Part shown: positions 39,913-49,933 of the stretch, one piece after another
Layout: every line of letters begins with the position of its first letter
Position numbering within the stretch: position 1 is the stretch's first letter
Virus record (IMG/VR): IMGVR_UViG_3300037520_000900
Coordinates: 16,277 to 80,276 of that record
DNA: 64,000 nt
Reading direction: 5' to 3' (one strand)
Source: a virus
Notes under the pieces: generated by a model
What the model saw: the letters and a program-made list of their open reading frames with translations, nothing else
Told to the model about the DNA's origin: nothing
Database searches by the model: none
Program-made: the position numbers and the translations under genes

Positions 39913-40167
39913 ATGGAAACAATCGGTAACTTAATTGATAAATTAACTGTAACTAATATTCGTATATGGATGGCCGAGGATATTAAAAGAAAAAACGATG
40001 CAACGGATTTTGAGATTGCAAATGCAACAAAGATTACGAATGTTGCAAATCAACAAAGAAATGACCTTATACAAGAAATTGATGAGTTGATTAATTATTT
40101 GGTTGAAAATAAAAAATCTCAAAAACTTTACAAACAAGGATCAAATAAAATGTACGGAAAGCAATAA
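39913..40167 (+). CDS. DUF4254-like small helical protein
   Basis: ETIGNLIDKL…RIWMAED-KR…NQQRNDLIQEID. Confidence 0.6.
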   Translation: METIGNLIDKLTVTNIRIWMAEDIKRKNDATDFEIANATKITNVANQQRNDLIQEIDELINYLVENKKSQKLYKQGSNKMYGKQ

Positions 40168-40168
40168 A

Positions 40169-41119
40169 ATGAAAATTTTAATTACGGGACCACTAGGACA
40201 AGATGGTAAAATTTTAACTAAAATATTAGAAAATAAACACGAATTAATTGGTGTATGTAGATTAAACGTACCCCACCAAAAAGTAATTGACCATAACAAG
40301 CATTTTAAAATTGAGTTGTGTATGTCGGACTTAACTGATATTGGGTATGTTGAGCAATTAATAAAATCAGTTAAACCTGAAATAATAATTAATTTTGCTG
40401 GTGAAACGAACGTAATAGACCCTTGGTCTAATGTGTATGAAACCTTTAATCAAAATTTTAAAATTGTTTTTAATTTTTTAGAATCAATAAAAAAAGTAAA
40501 TAGGGACATATTTTTTTTTCAATCGTCATCATCTTTAATGTTTGGTAAATCTAAAGAACGTATAATAAATGAAAAAAGTTACTTTTCACCTCTTTACCCT
40601 TATGGGGTTTCTAAGTTAACATCTCATAATTTATTAGATGAATATAGATTTAAATATAATATTAAATGTTGCTCTGGTATTTTTTTTAATCACGATTCTT
40701 TTTACAGAAATGAAAAATTTATAACAAAAAAAATATCAACACATATTTGTGACATATTAATGGGATCAAAAAAAAAATTAAACTTGTATAATCTTAATTT
40801 TTATAGAGATTTAAGTCATGCAGAAGACTTTATGAAGGCAGTTGAAATAATAATAGAAAAAAAACTAAATGAAAATTTTGTTTTTAGTAGTGGTAATGAG
40901 GTTAATTTTTTAGACTTATCTAAAAAATTTTTTTATAAACACAATCTTGATTTTATGGAATTTGTAGAATACACTGAGGATAAAAAAGATACTGAGTTTC
41001 AATATAATATTATTGGGGACAGTACCAAATTAAAATCTTTTGGGTGGTCCCCAAAATATAATACAGATGATTTAATAAATGATATGGTAATTAAAGAAAT
41101 AAAATATAGAAACAGATGA
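40169..41119 (+). CDS. Divergent Gmd-family SDR, probable GDP-4-keto-6-deoxysugar reductase (start corrected to MKILITG)
   Basis: ITGPLGQDG, YGVSK, FFNHDS; SSSSLMFG in place of the Gmd SSSEMFG. Confidence 0.7.
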   Translation: MKILITGPLGQDGKILTKILENKHELIGVCRLNVPHQKVIDHNKHFKIELCMSDLTDIGYVEQLIKSVKPEIIINFAGETNVIDPWSNVYETFNQNFKIVFNFLESIKKVNRDIFFFQSSSSLMFGKSKERIINEKSYFSPLYPYGVSKLTSHNLLDEYRFKYNIKCCSGIFFNHDSFYRNEKFITKKISTHICDILMGSKKKLNLYNLNFYRDLSHAEDFMKAVEIIIEKKLNENFVFSSGNEVNFLDLSKKFFYKHNLDFMEFVEYTEDKKDTEFQYNIIGDSTKLKSFGWSPKYNTDDLINDMVIKEIKYRNR

Positions 41120-42051
41120 GTGTAATTTTTATAAATCATGTAAAATCACAGTGTGGTGTTTATGAAATTGGTAAAAGAATTTTCGATTTAATAGATAAAA
41201 AAACTTTACCTGTTAAATATTTTGAAACCTCAGTAAATGGTCTTAATGAATACCTTAAAATAATAGAGACAGAAAAACCTGATTTTATTTTATATAACTA
41301 TTTTTCGGTTACACTACCGTATTTAAATAAATCACTATTTAAAATGTTTCCTAATATAAAACACATTGGGATAATTCACGATCCCCTAACCCCTCAAATG
41401 ATTGATTTTTATAACAATACTTTTGACTGTTGGGTAATTCATGATCAAACAAATAAATCAATTAGTAATAATAAATTTACAACTGTTAGACCTATAAGAA
41501 GATTTGAAAAATTAGAAAAAAAACCTAATGGTACATTACAAATAGGTTCACACGGTTTTAGCGTATCACCGTGGAAGATGTTTGATAAAATTATAGATTT
41601 AATTAATCATGAATTTGATGAAGTTGTAATAAATATGAATATAACTCAAGCAACTTTTGGTGGTTACGAAGACCCTAAAAGATTTGACAATTGGAGAAAA
41701 TTAATAACCAAAAAAAATGTTCATTTAAATATTACAAATACGTATTATGAAACGGAGAATGAACTAATAAATTACTTATCAAAAAATGATTTAAATGTTT
41801 ATTTTTACAACCCCCCACACGAATTTGTTGGTGTTGGTGGTAGCGCAGATTTAGCAGTTAGTTCCCAATCCAGTCTGGTTGTTAACAACACATATATGTA
41901 TAGACATTTTCATGATTATTTAGGATTTTTTGAACAAAAAAATAATTTAACGTCATTTTTAGATAACAAAAAAGAAGTAAAAAAATTGTACGATTTATGG
42001 TCACCTGAAAAAATGACACAAGATTATAAAAATATGATAGAATCATTATGA
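41116..42051 (+). CDS. GT-B-like protein, paralogue 1
   Basis: CGVYEIG…YN…HD…IGSHGF…K-F…A-SS…MYRH; paralogous to 42048. Confidence 0.55.
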   Translation: MSVIFINHVKSQCGVYEIGKRIFDLIDKKTLPVKYFETSVNGLNEYLKIIETEKPDFILYNYFSVTLPYLNKSLFKMFPNIKHIGIIHDPLTPQMIDFYNNTFDCWVIHDQTNKSISNNKFTTVRPIRRFEKLEKKPNGTLQIGSHGFSVSPWKMFDKIIDLINHEFDEVVINMNITQATFGGYEDPKRFDNWRKLITKKNVHLNITNTYYETENELINYLSKNDLNVYFYNPPHEFVGVGGSADLAVSSQSSLVVNNTYMYRHFHDYLGFFEQKNNLTSFLDNKKEVKKLYDLWSPEKMTQDYKNMIESL

Positions 42052-42956
42052 AAAATGTTTTATTAGTTAATAGAAAGACAACTAATTGTGGTGTACACCA
42101 ATACGGTTTAAACATATTTGAATCTTTAGAAAAAAGTAATAAAAATAAATATTTTTATTTAGAAACTAATGATTCAGAAACACTAATTAATTTTTTAAAT
42201 AACAACAAAATAGATGTAATAATCTTTAATTACATAATTTGGGTTATGGGGTGGATTACAAATGACTTAATTAGTTCTTTATTTTTAAACTATAAAATTT
42301 ACTTTATTTATCACGATGGGGACATACCCAATTTCCCATACAATGGAATACTTTATAATGACCCAACTAAAAATGTTAATAATATAAATGAATTTCTAAT
42401 AGATAGATGTCTTTTTGAATTTGAGTCAAATGAAAAAATAAATTTAGATAAAACCATAATATCCTCTTTTGGTTTTGGGTTTCCAGACAAAGGATTTCAA
42501 AAAATAATAAACAGAATAAATGAGGAATTTTCAGGGGCAATAATAAGACTACATATGCCAAATGCAAACGTAGATCCATTTAATAATTTAAAAAACCAAA
42601 CTTTAGATTTATGTAATAAAGAAGTTAAATCAAAAAATGAAATTATAATTACTAACAACTATATGAGTAATTTAGAACTTCTTAATTGGTTAAGCGAAAG
42701 TACAATAAATTGTTTTTTCTATGACAATAAAAGTTCAAAAGGAATTTCTTCTGTTATTGATTATGCTCTTTCTGTTAATGTACCAATTGCTGTTACTGAC
42801 TGCGATATGATGAGGCATATAATTTCAGACAAAATTTCTATTGAAAAAAATAAAATTTCAGATATAATTAATTATGGTTGTACACATCTTGAAGAATATA
42901 AAAAAAATTGGTCTAATAAAAATTTTAGAGATAAATTAGACTATATAATAAATTAA
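42048..42956 (+). CDS. GT-B-like protein, paralogue 2
   Basis: CGVHQYG…SFGFGFPDKGF…GISSVIDYALSVNVPIAV. Confidence 0.6.
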   Translation: MKNVLLVNRKTTNCGVHQYGLNIFESLEKSNKNKYFYLETNDSETLINFLNNNKIDVIIFNYIIWVMGWITNDLISSLFLNYKIYFIYHDGDIPNFPYNGILYNDPTKNVNNINEFLIDRCLFEFESNEKINLDKTIISSFGFGFPDKGFQKIINRINEEFSGAIIRLHMPNANVDPFNNLKNQTLDLCNKEVKSKNEIIITNNYMSNLELLNWLSESTINCFFYDNKSSKGISSVIDYALSVNVPIAVTDCDMMRHIISDKISIEKNKISDIINYGCTHLEEYKKNWSNKNFRDKLDYIIN

Positions 42957-42969
42957 ATAAAAAAAAAAT

Positions 42970-44190
42970 ATGCAAGAACTTTTTACACTTGGTGATCTTT
43001 ATGTTTCCGACTTTTTAAATGAAAATGATAAACCTAGAGGTGGTAAGGTCGATTTAAAACTTATGTTAGAACACGAGACAGGATCGGTAAGACTCGATCA
43101 ATGTGCCCCTTTAGACACTATGTACGGAAAGTACTGGTATAGATCAGGAATTAACAACACAATGAAAAAAGAACTTAATGGTATTGTTACTTCTATATTG
43201 GAAAATTATAAATTACAAGATTCTGATTTATGGATTGATATCGCATGTAATGACGGTACTTTATTAAGTAATTTACCAAAAACATTAACTAGAGTTGGGA
43301 TAGATCCTGTTGACGACTCATTTAAATCGGAATCGGAAAAACACGCAAATTTAATAATTCAAGACTATTTTAGTTCAGACGTTTTTAAGAAATCTAAATA
43401 TGGTGAGTTAAAGGCTAAAGTTATTACGACAATCGCTATGTTTTATGATTTAGATAAACCAAAAGATTTTATTAACGATGTTTATGACGTGTTGGATGAT
43501 AACGGTGTTTGGGTGTTACAAATGTCATACACACCGTTAATGATTGAGCAAATGGCATTTGATAATATCTGTCACGAACACGTATATTATTATTCATTAT
43601 TTAATATTAAAAAAATCTTTAACGAATGTGGTTTTGACATTATTGATACACAATTAAATGATGTTAATGGGGGTTCTTTTAGGATTTATTGTATGAAAAA
43701 AACCTCCGATAAAACTAAATTTGGAACGCAACCATATAGAGATGTTTGTAAGTTTAGAGTTGAGTCTCTTCTTGAATATGAAAAGAGTTTAAGGTTGGAT
43801 TCGCCGATTACATGGTTTAATTTTTTTAAAAACATTAATGAACTAAAAGAAAAAACGGTTTCTTTTATTAAAGAAGAAAAAAATAAAGGTAAGAAAATAT
43901 GGGCTTATGGTGCGTCAACAAAAGGGAATACGTTGTTACAGTATTTTGGTTTAGACAACACTTTAATTGATGGTATCGCAGAAAGAAGTCCTTATAAATT
44001 TGGTTTAAAAACAGTTGGTACAAATATCCCTATTTTTTCTGAAGAAGAAATGAGAAAAGAAAACCCTGATTACTTGTTGGTGTTACCTTGGCATTTTATA
44101 AATGAGTTTGTTGAACGTGAATCCGAATTTTTAAAGTCTGGTGGTAAATTTATTGTTCCGTGTCCTAAATTTGAAATCATTGGTAAATGA
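42970..44190 (+). CDS. NDP-hexose C-methyltransferase (NovU / EryBIII / TylCIII-like)
   Basis: DIACNDG, FDNICHEH-YYYS, NGGSFR, YGASTKGNTLL, LPWHF. Confidence 0.85.
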   Translation: MQELFTLGDLYVSDFLNENDKPRGGKVDLKLMLEHETGSVRLDQCAPLDTMYGKYWYRSGINNTMKKELNGIVTSILENYKLQDSDLWIDIACNDGTLLSNLPKTLTRVGIDPVDDSFKSESEKHANLIIQDYFSSDVFKKSKYGELKAKVITTIAMFYDLDKPKDFINDVYDVLDDNGVWVLQMSYTPLMIEQMAFDNICHEHVYYYSLFNIKKIFNECGFDIIDTQLNDVNGGSFRIYCMKKTSDKTKFGTQPYRDVCKFRVESLLEYEKSLRLDSPITWFNFFKNINELKEKTVSFIKEEKNKGKKIWAYGASTKGNTLLQYFGLDNTLIDGIAERSPYKFGLKTVGTNIPIFSEEEMRKENPDYLLVLPWHFINEFVERESEFLKSGGKFIVPCPKFEIIGK

Positions 44191-44819
44191 AGTATTACGC
44201 AGAATTTGATACAGATAAAATATTAAGAGAAACTTTTTTTCCTGATTTTAACTATAAAGGTATTATTGTTGAAGTTGGTGGTGGTACTCCGGATTTTCTT
44301 TCTATGTCCAAACACTTTAAAGATACCGGTTGGAGGGCTATAATTATAGAACCTAACCCTAAATTTGTTGAGGATCATAAAAAACATAATAATGAGGTAT
44401 ATCAGTATGCATGCTCTTATGAAAATAGAATCGGGGAATTTACAATTGTCCAACAAAACGTAGAAGCCTATGGCGGTAAAGTCACTGACCATTCTTTTTC
44501 ATCTATTTCATTAAAAGAAGAATATTTGAAAGAAACAAACGTTAACCCAAATAGTTTAAATATAAAAAAAATATCTGTTGAAATTAAAAGGCTTGATGAT
44601 ATTTTGAGTGATATTGGTGTTAAGGATATTGACATATTATCTATAGACGTTGAAGGTTGGGAATTAGAGGTTATGATGGGTATAGATTTAAATAAAATAA
44701 ACTGTAATATAATAGTTGTAGAAAATTTTTTAAATGATAAAAAGTACAACGAATATTTTGAAAGTTTGGGGTATAAATTAACCCGTCAAATAAAATACAA
44801 CCAAATTTATACAAAATAA
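44187..44819 (+). CDS. FkbM-family methyltransferase
   Basis: VEVGGG…IEPNP…IDILSIDVEGWELEV. Confidence 0.85.
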   Translation: MKYYAEFDTDKILRETFFPDFNYKGIIVEVGGGTPDFLSMSKHFKDTGWRAIIIEPNPKFVEDHKKHNNEVYQYACSYENRIGEFTIVQQNVEAYGGKVTDHSFSSISLKEEYLKETNVNPNSLNIKKISVEIKRLDDILSDIGVKDIDILSIDVEGWELEVMMGIDLNKINCNIIVVENFLNDKKYNEYFESLGYKLTRQIKYNQIYTK

Positions 44820-44821
44820 AA

Positions 44822-45421
44822 ATGTACTACTCTCAATCAAATCAAGACAAATGGGTCAATGAGTTTTATAATAATAAAAAAGATGGGTTTTTTGTTGAAG
44901 TTGGCGCCTTTGATGGTATACAAACAAGTAATACCTACTTTTTTGAAAAAACTTTAGGGTGGGGTGGCGTATGTATAGAGGCCAATCCTGAAATTTTTAA
45001 AAGATTATCTCAAAACCGTAGGTCAATAAATTTAAATTATGCAATTTCAGATCACGAAGGTGAGTGTTTTTTTTCCACAGATAGAATTTCAGAAAATGGG
45101 TATAGAGTGAATTGTTCAAGACTAGACGTGCTATTGAAAAGTGTTAATTGCCCAAGAATAATAGATTATATGTCTATAGATATTGAAGGTCATGAATATA
45201 TAGCACTTAATAATTTTAATTTTAGTGATTTTCAAGTTAACCTTATGACGGTAGAACATAATCTTTATTCGGAAGGATCTAAAATGAAAGATGAAATTTA
45301 TCATCTTTTAACTGATAATGGATTTACAAGAGTTTTAGAAGATGTTGTTTGTTTAGACACTAATCCATTATACTTTAATAAACCATACGAAGATTGGTAC
45401 ATAAATAACATATTACTTTAA
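44822..45421 (+). CDS. FkbM-family methyltransferase
   Basis: YSQSNQD…FVEVGAFDG…SNT…IEANP…IDYMSIDIEGHE. Confidence 0.9.
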   Translation: MYYSQSNQDKWVNEFYNNKKDGFFVEVGAFDGIQTSNTYFFEKTLGWGGVCIEANPEIFKRLSQNRRSINLNYAISDHEGECFFSTDRISENGYRVNCSRLDVLLKSVNCPRIIDYMSIDIEGHEYIALNNFNFSDFQVNLMTVEHNLYSEGSKMKDEIYHLLTDNGFTRVLEDVVCLDTNPLYFNKPYEDWYINNILL

Positions 45422-45424
45422 AAA

Positions 45425-46396
45425 ATGAAAAAAGCAATAATAACGGGAATAAATGGTCAAGACGGCTCATATTTGGCGGAGTTTCTTTTAGAAAAAGGTT
45501 ATGATGTTCATGGTGTGATGAAACGTAATTCTGTTTCTGAAACACAAGCAATAAGAGTAGAACACATAACCGATAAAATAACATTACATTATGGTGATAT
45601 TACAGATTTATCCTCATTAATACGTATTATAGGTGAAGTACAACCAAATGAAATTTACAATTTAGCAGCACAATCTCACGTTAGAATTTCTTTTGACGAA
45701 CCAATTTATACATCACAAGCCACAGGTGTTGGGGCATTGAATGTTATTGAATCCGTTAGACTTTTAAAACTCGATTGTAAAATTTATCAAGCATCGTCTT
45801 CAGAAATGTTTGGTAATAATATAGATAATGATGGATTTCAGAGAGAATCAACTAGAATGGTGCCTGTATCCCCATACGGAATTTCAAAGTTATTTGCACA
45901 TAATATGGGTATAAACTATAGAAATTCGTATAATATGTTTATTAGTAATGGTATTTTATTTAATCACGAATCACCTAGAAGGGGTACAAATTTTGTAACA
46001 AACAAAGTTTGTAAGGAGGCAGTAAAAATAAAATTAGGTTTAACTGATAAAATAAAATTAGGCAATTTAAAGGCGACTAGAGATTGGGGACACGCTAAAG
46101 ATTACGTTGAGGCCATGTGGTTAATACTACAACAAGAAACCCCCAACGATTACGTATGTTCAACAGGAATATCTCATTCAGTTGAAGATCTTGTGATTTA
46201 TGTTTTTAACAAATTAGGGTTAGATTGGAAAAAATACGTTAATACAGATTCAAAATACCTAAGACCTGAAGAATTAAATGATTTAAAAGGAGATTCCACT
46301 AAATTAAGAGAATTGACAGGATGGAAACCAAAATACACTTTTGAGTCTATGTTAGATGAAATGATTGAATATTGGTTAAATTATTATAAAAAATAG
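45425..46396 (+). CDS. gmd: GDP-mannose 4,6-dehydratase
   Basis: ITGINGQDGSYLAE, YNLAAQSHV, QASSSEMFG, SPYGISK, LFNHESPRRG, RDWGHAKDYV. Confidence 0.95.
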   Translation: MKKAIITGINGQDGSYLAEFLLEKGYDVHGVMKRNSVSETQAIRVEHITDKITLHYGDITDLSSLIRIIGEVQPNEIYNLAAQSHVRISFDEPIYTSQATGVGALNVIESVRLLKLDCKIYQASSSEMFGNNIDNDGFQRESTRMVPVSPYGISKLFAHNMGINYRNSYNMFISNGILFNHESPRRGTNFVTNKVCKEAVKIKLGLTDKIKLGNLKATRDWGHAKDYVEAMWLILQQETPNDYVCSTGISHSVEDLVIYVFNKLGLDWKKYVNTDSKYLRPEELNDLKGDSTKLRELTGWKPKYTFESMLDEMIEYWLNYYKK

Positions 46397-46399
46397 AAT

Positions 46400-47134
46400 A
46401 TGACAAGAAAAAAACAACAACCACAAACCGAAGAACAGGATTCAAAACCCTTTTCAAAAAAAGACTTTATAAATTCAGTAGTCAAGAAAAAAGTAAAAAA
46501 TAAATTTCTAACAGAAAATCAAGAACATTATTATAATCTTTTAAGAAACAATCAAATAACAATTTGTTCGGGACCTGCGGGTGTTGGTAAATCATATATC
46601 GCAATGAAAGCGGCGGTTGATTTATTAATGGACCCAACTAACCATTATGAAAAACTGGTTATTGTTAGACCGGCAGTAGAGGCTGAAGAAAAATTAGGAT
46701 CACTCCCTGGTAACTTAGAAGAAAAATTAGACCCTTACATTTTCCCGTCTTATTACTTATTAAATAAAATTATTGGAAAAGAGGCAAGAGAGAAATTAAA
46801 AGATGCTGAAATTATTGAAGTATTCGCATTAGCATACATGAGAGGAATGAATATAGATAACACGATTTTAATATTTGAAGAAGCACAAAACTCAAGTCCA
46901 AATCAAATGAAATTACTATTGACAAGGATAGGGTTTAATAGTAAATTCTTTATATCAGGAGACATTGAACAAACTGACCGTTATAGAGACAAAAAACAAT
47001 CAGGTCTGTATGACGCAATTAAAAAGTTTAATGATGTTCACGATATTGGCGTGTTTGAGTTTGGTGATGGGGATGTGGTAAGAAACCCACTTATAAGTAA
47101 GTTATTAAAAAAGTATGAAGAGAATAGGGATTGA
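46400..47134 (+). CDS. phoH: PhoH-family ATPase
   Basis: GPAGVGKS, RPAVEAEEKLGSLPG, YMRG, EAQN, LLTRIG, GD-EQTD, VRNPLI. Confidence 0.95.
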   Translation: MTRKKQQPQTEEQDSKPFSKKDFINSVVKKKVKNKFLTENQEHYYNLLRNNQITICSGPAGVGKSYIAMKAAVDLLMDPTNHYEKLVIVRPAVEAEEKLGSLPGNLEEKLDPYIFPSYYLLNKIIGKEAREKLKDAEIIEVFALAYMRGMNIDNTILIFEEAQNSSPNQMKLLLTRIGFNSKFFISGDIEQTDRYRDKKQSGLYDAIKKFNDVHDIGVFEFGDGDVVRNPLISKLLKKYEENRD

Positions 47135-47765
47135 AATTAATGGTGTGTTAAGGGATACTATCGGTAAGTTTACACAGTTATATGAAAAACATATGATTGA
47201 AGAAAAAGAAGATGGGTCAAAAACTTATGAACTTGATATGTCCGGTAATACCGAAGAACTAAACCCAAAAGAAGATTTTGAATATAAAATTTTAAATGAT
47301 GTTACATCATTAAACTTGATGGATCATTTCAGTTTTAATGATGAGAATGAACTTTACTCTTTTATGTATGAAGATTTTGCAATGCAGATTTTTGGACACG
47401 CTGGTTCGACAGAAACCTTTACGTTTAATGACTTAAATGAAATTTATCATAATTATCGAAATACAAATGAACTTTTAATAGTCTCTGATGAAATGGGTAA
47501 ATCAAAACCAGCATCATTATTTTTCCTTTCTAAGTTTGGGTGTTTATTAGAAAAGATAAAATTTTATTCAAATTTTACAATAAATTCAATGTGGGATGAA
47601 ATTGACGTTTTACTTACAGCAAATCCTCAACTAATATTAGAAAAACCAAAAGATAAAATCGTAGTTAAATATAATACGACATATAATAAAAACGTCGAAG
47701 CGGACTATGAGATTGAAAAATTGAAGGAGTTTGATGACATATTAAAAAAATTAAATTTATGTTAA
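47115..47765 (+). CDS. 5'(3')-deoxyribonucleotidase-like HAD protein with degenerate motif I
   Basis: IGIEINGVLRD in place of IGIDIDGVLRD. Confidence 0.55.
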   Translation: MKRIGIEINGVLRDTIGKFTQLYEKHMIEEKEDGSKTYELDMSGNTEELNPKEDFEYKILNDVTSLNLMDHFSFNDENELYSFMYEDFAMQIFGHAGSTETFTFNDLNEIYHNYRNTNELLIVSDEMGKSKPASLFFLSKFGCLLEKIKFYSNFTINSMWDEIDVLLTANPQLILEKPKDKIVVKYNTTYNKNVEADYEIEKLKEFDDILKKLNLC

Positions 47766-48049
47766 CATTTTTAGGTGAAAACTATTACTTGGACATTGAT
47801 GAGTTAGAAAAACAGGTAAGTTATGAAAAGTCTGTTTTACCATTAACAGTTTCAGGAGAAACAGAAACACCGGAACAACAAATAAGCGTTACAAGATACG
47901 ACACTTTCAAAAGTCTTATTGAAGTATTATTAACTGAAAGAGAAGAATTAGATGAAAGTTTGGGTATGCATGGAGCAAAGGATTTAACTATCCCTTTTAA
48001 ATTGGCATTTAATACACTATTAATAAACCACGTTCTAAAAAAATTATAA
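47759..48049 (+). CDS. Hypothetical protein
   Basis: Operon ORF. Confidence 0.55.
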   Translation: MLTFLGENYYLDIDELEKQVSYEKSVLPLTVSGETETPEQQISVTRYDTFKSLIEVLLTEREELDESLGMHGAKDLTIPFKLAFNTLLINHVLKKL

Positions 48050-48050
48050 A

Positions 48051-49118
48051 ATGGAATTAGAAAAAATAGAAAAAATAGAAGGTTCTATTAAAAACCTAAA
48101 AGACAAAACGGCTAAGATTTATTTCTTGGTTCAAGACACTAAAGGCAACGCAAAAGGGTCTATTGCCTACACCTATCAGATGGCTAAAGCGTTATTTGAT
48201 AATAAATACAATGTTATAATTATTCATGAAGCTCAAGAATACACGGGTGTTGGTGAGTGGTTAGGTGAAGAATATATGGCAATTCCTCACGAATCTATTG
48301 AAGGTAAAAACCTATCAATATCACCTGAAGATTTTATTATTGTTCCTGAATTATATGGTCATGTTATGGATCAATTAAAGAACTTCCCATGTGGAAAAAT
48401 TGTTTTATGTCAGGCGTATGATAATATTTTAGAAACTTTAGCTCCTGGTGTTACTTGGCAACAATATGGATTCGCTAAAGTCATCACTACTACTCAAACA
48501 CAAAAAGAGTATGTTAAACAAATTATGAGAAATGCTAGCGTGGATGTCATTGAACCAACAATCTCTAAACATTTTTCTAAAAAAGAAAAACCATCAAAAC
48601 CTATTATTACTATTCATACAAGAGAACCAAGAGACACCGCAAAAATAATTAAAAGTTTTTATTTAAAATACCCACAATTTAGATGGATTACATTTAGAGA
48701 TATGAGAGGGATTAAACAAGAGGACTTTGCTAAATTTTTAAAGGACTCATATGTTTCTGTTTGGGTTGACGATGTTTCAGGATTTGGTACATTCCCATTA
48801 GAATCTATGACATCAGGTACTCCTGTGATTGGTAAAATACCAAACTTAAAACCGGAATGGATGGATGAGAGTAATGGTATTTGGACATATCAGTACAACG
48901 AAATCATCGATGTTGTTGCAAACTTTACCCAAAATTGGTTAGAAGATAATATCTCACCTGAATTATATGAAAAAATGTTAGAATCATCTAAAAAATATCA
49001 AGACGACTCAAAATTTGAAAATGACGTTATTGAAACTTTTAATAAATACTTTGAAACTAGAAGTAAATTATTTTCAGACCAATTGGATAAACTAAAAATA
49101 TCAGAAGAACAAAATTAA
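48051..49118 (+). CDS. GT-B glycosyltransferase
   Basis: DFIIVPE…SGFGTFPLESMTSGTPVIG. Confidence 0.8.
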   Translation: MELEKIEKIEGSIKNLKDKTAKIYFLVQDTKGNAKGSIAYTYQMAKALFDNKYNVIIIHEAQEYTGVGEWLGEEYMAIPHESIEGKNLSISPEDFIIVPELYGHVMDQLKNFPCGKIVLCQAYDNILETLAPGVTWQQYGFAKVITTTQTQKEYVKQIMRNASVDVIEPTISKHFSKKEKPSKPIITIHTREPRDTAKIIKSFYLKYPQFRWITFRDMRGIKQEDFAKFLKDSYVSVWVDDVSGFGTFPLESMTSGTPVIGKIPNLKPEWMDESNGIWTYQYNEIIDVVANFTQNWLEDNISPELYEKMLESSKKYQDDSKFENDVIETFNKYFETRSKLFSDQLDKLKISEEQN

Positions 49119-49120
49119 TT

Positions 49121-49933
49121 ATGGAAACAAAAGAAATATTTGACGTATCGGTAATATTACCAATCAGCTCATCAATGCACCCTCTATTTGATGATCTACT
49201 AGAGAGAAGTATTAAATCATTACAAATGCAATTAACGGGTATAAACGAACTTGTTATTGTACATACTGATGAAGAAATTTTAAAAAATAAATTAACAAAT
49301 TATAATTTTGGAGAACTAAATGTTAATTTAGTTGAAAACAAAGGTGAATTTGATTTTGCTACACAAGTTAATTTAGGTGTTAAAAACGCAAAAAGTAAGT
49401 GGGTTTCAGTTTTAGAATTTGATGATGAGTACGCAACCATTTGGTTTAAAAACGTAAAAAGATATGTTGAATCTTACGATGACGTATCTGCATTTTTACC
49501 ATTAGTTGTTGACACTGACGATAAGGGTGTTTTTGTTGGGTTCACTAATGAGGCCACTTTTGCTGTTAGTATGAATTCAGAAATGGGTTATTTAACTAAT
49601 GACTTATTGTTAAGTTATCAAAATTTCCAATCATCTGGAATGGTCGTACAAAAAAACGTCTATGAAAGTTTAGGTGGATTTAAAAAATCAATGAAACTAA
49701 CATTTGTTTATGAATTTTTATTGAGACTAACTTACAACTCAACAAAAATAATGACAATACCAAGAATTGGATACAAACATATGAACATGAGGGAAGGTTC
49801 TATTTTTTGGAACTATAAAAATAGTGATGATAGACTTACAGATGATGAGGTTTCATTTTGGATTGATTCAGCAAAAAAAGAACATTTTTTCACTGGAGAT
49901 AGAAACATAAAATATGAACCACAAAATGTTTAA
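49121..49933 (+). CDS. GT2-family glycosyltransferase
   Basis: VSVILP…VNLGV…WVSVLEFDD…LGGF…EFLLR. Confidence 0.8.
   Translation: METKEIFDVSVILPISSSMHPLFDDLLERSIKSLQMQLTGINELVIVHTDEEILKNKLTNYNFGELNVNLVENKGEFDFATQVNLGVKNAKSKWVSVLEFDDEYATIWFKNVKRYVESYDDVSAFLPLVVDTDDKGVFVGFTNEATFAVSMNSEMGYLTNDLLLSYQNFQSSGMVVQKNVYESLGGFKKSMKLTFVYEFLLRLTYNSTKIMTIPRIGYKHMNMREGSIFWNYKNSDDRLTDDEVSFWIDSAKKEHFFTGDRNIKYEPQNV

Noticed and set aside
33774-49933. Host LPS/capsule island or assembly chimera
   Set aside because: Glyco genes overlap or abut phage-type genes (exonuclease, dUTPase, PhoH, sigma) and lack flippase, polymerase or membrane components. DNA hypermodification cannot be excluded, but no base hydroxymethylase is visible in this window.
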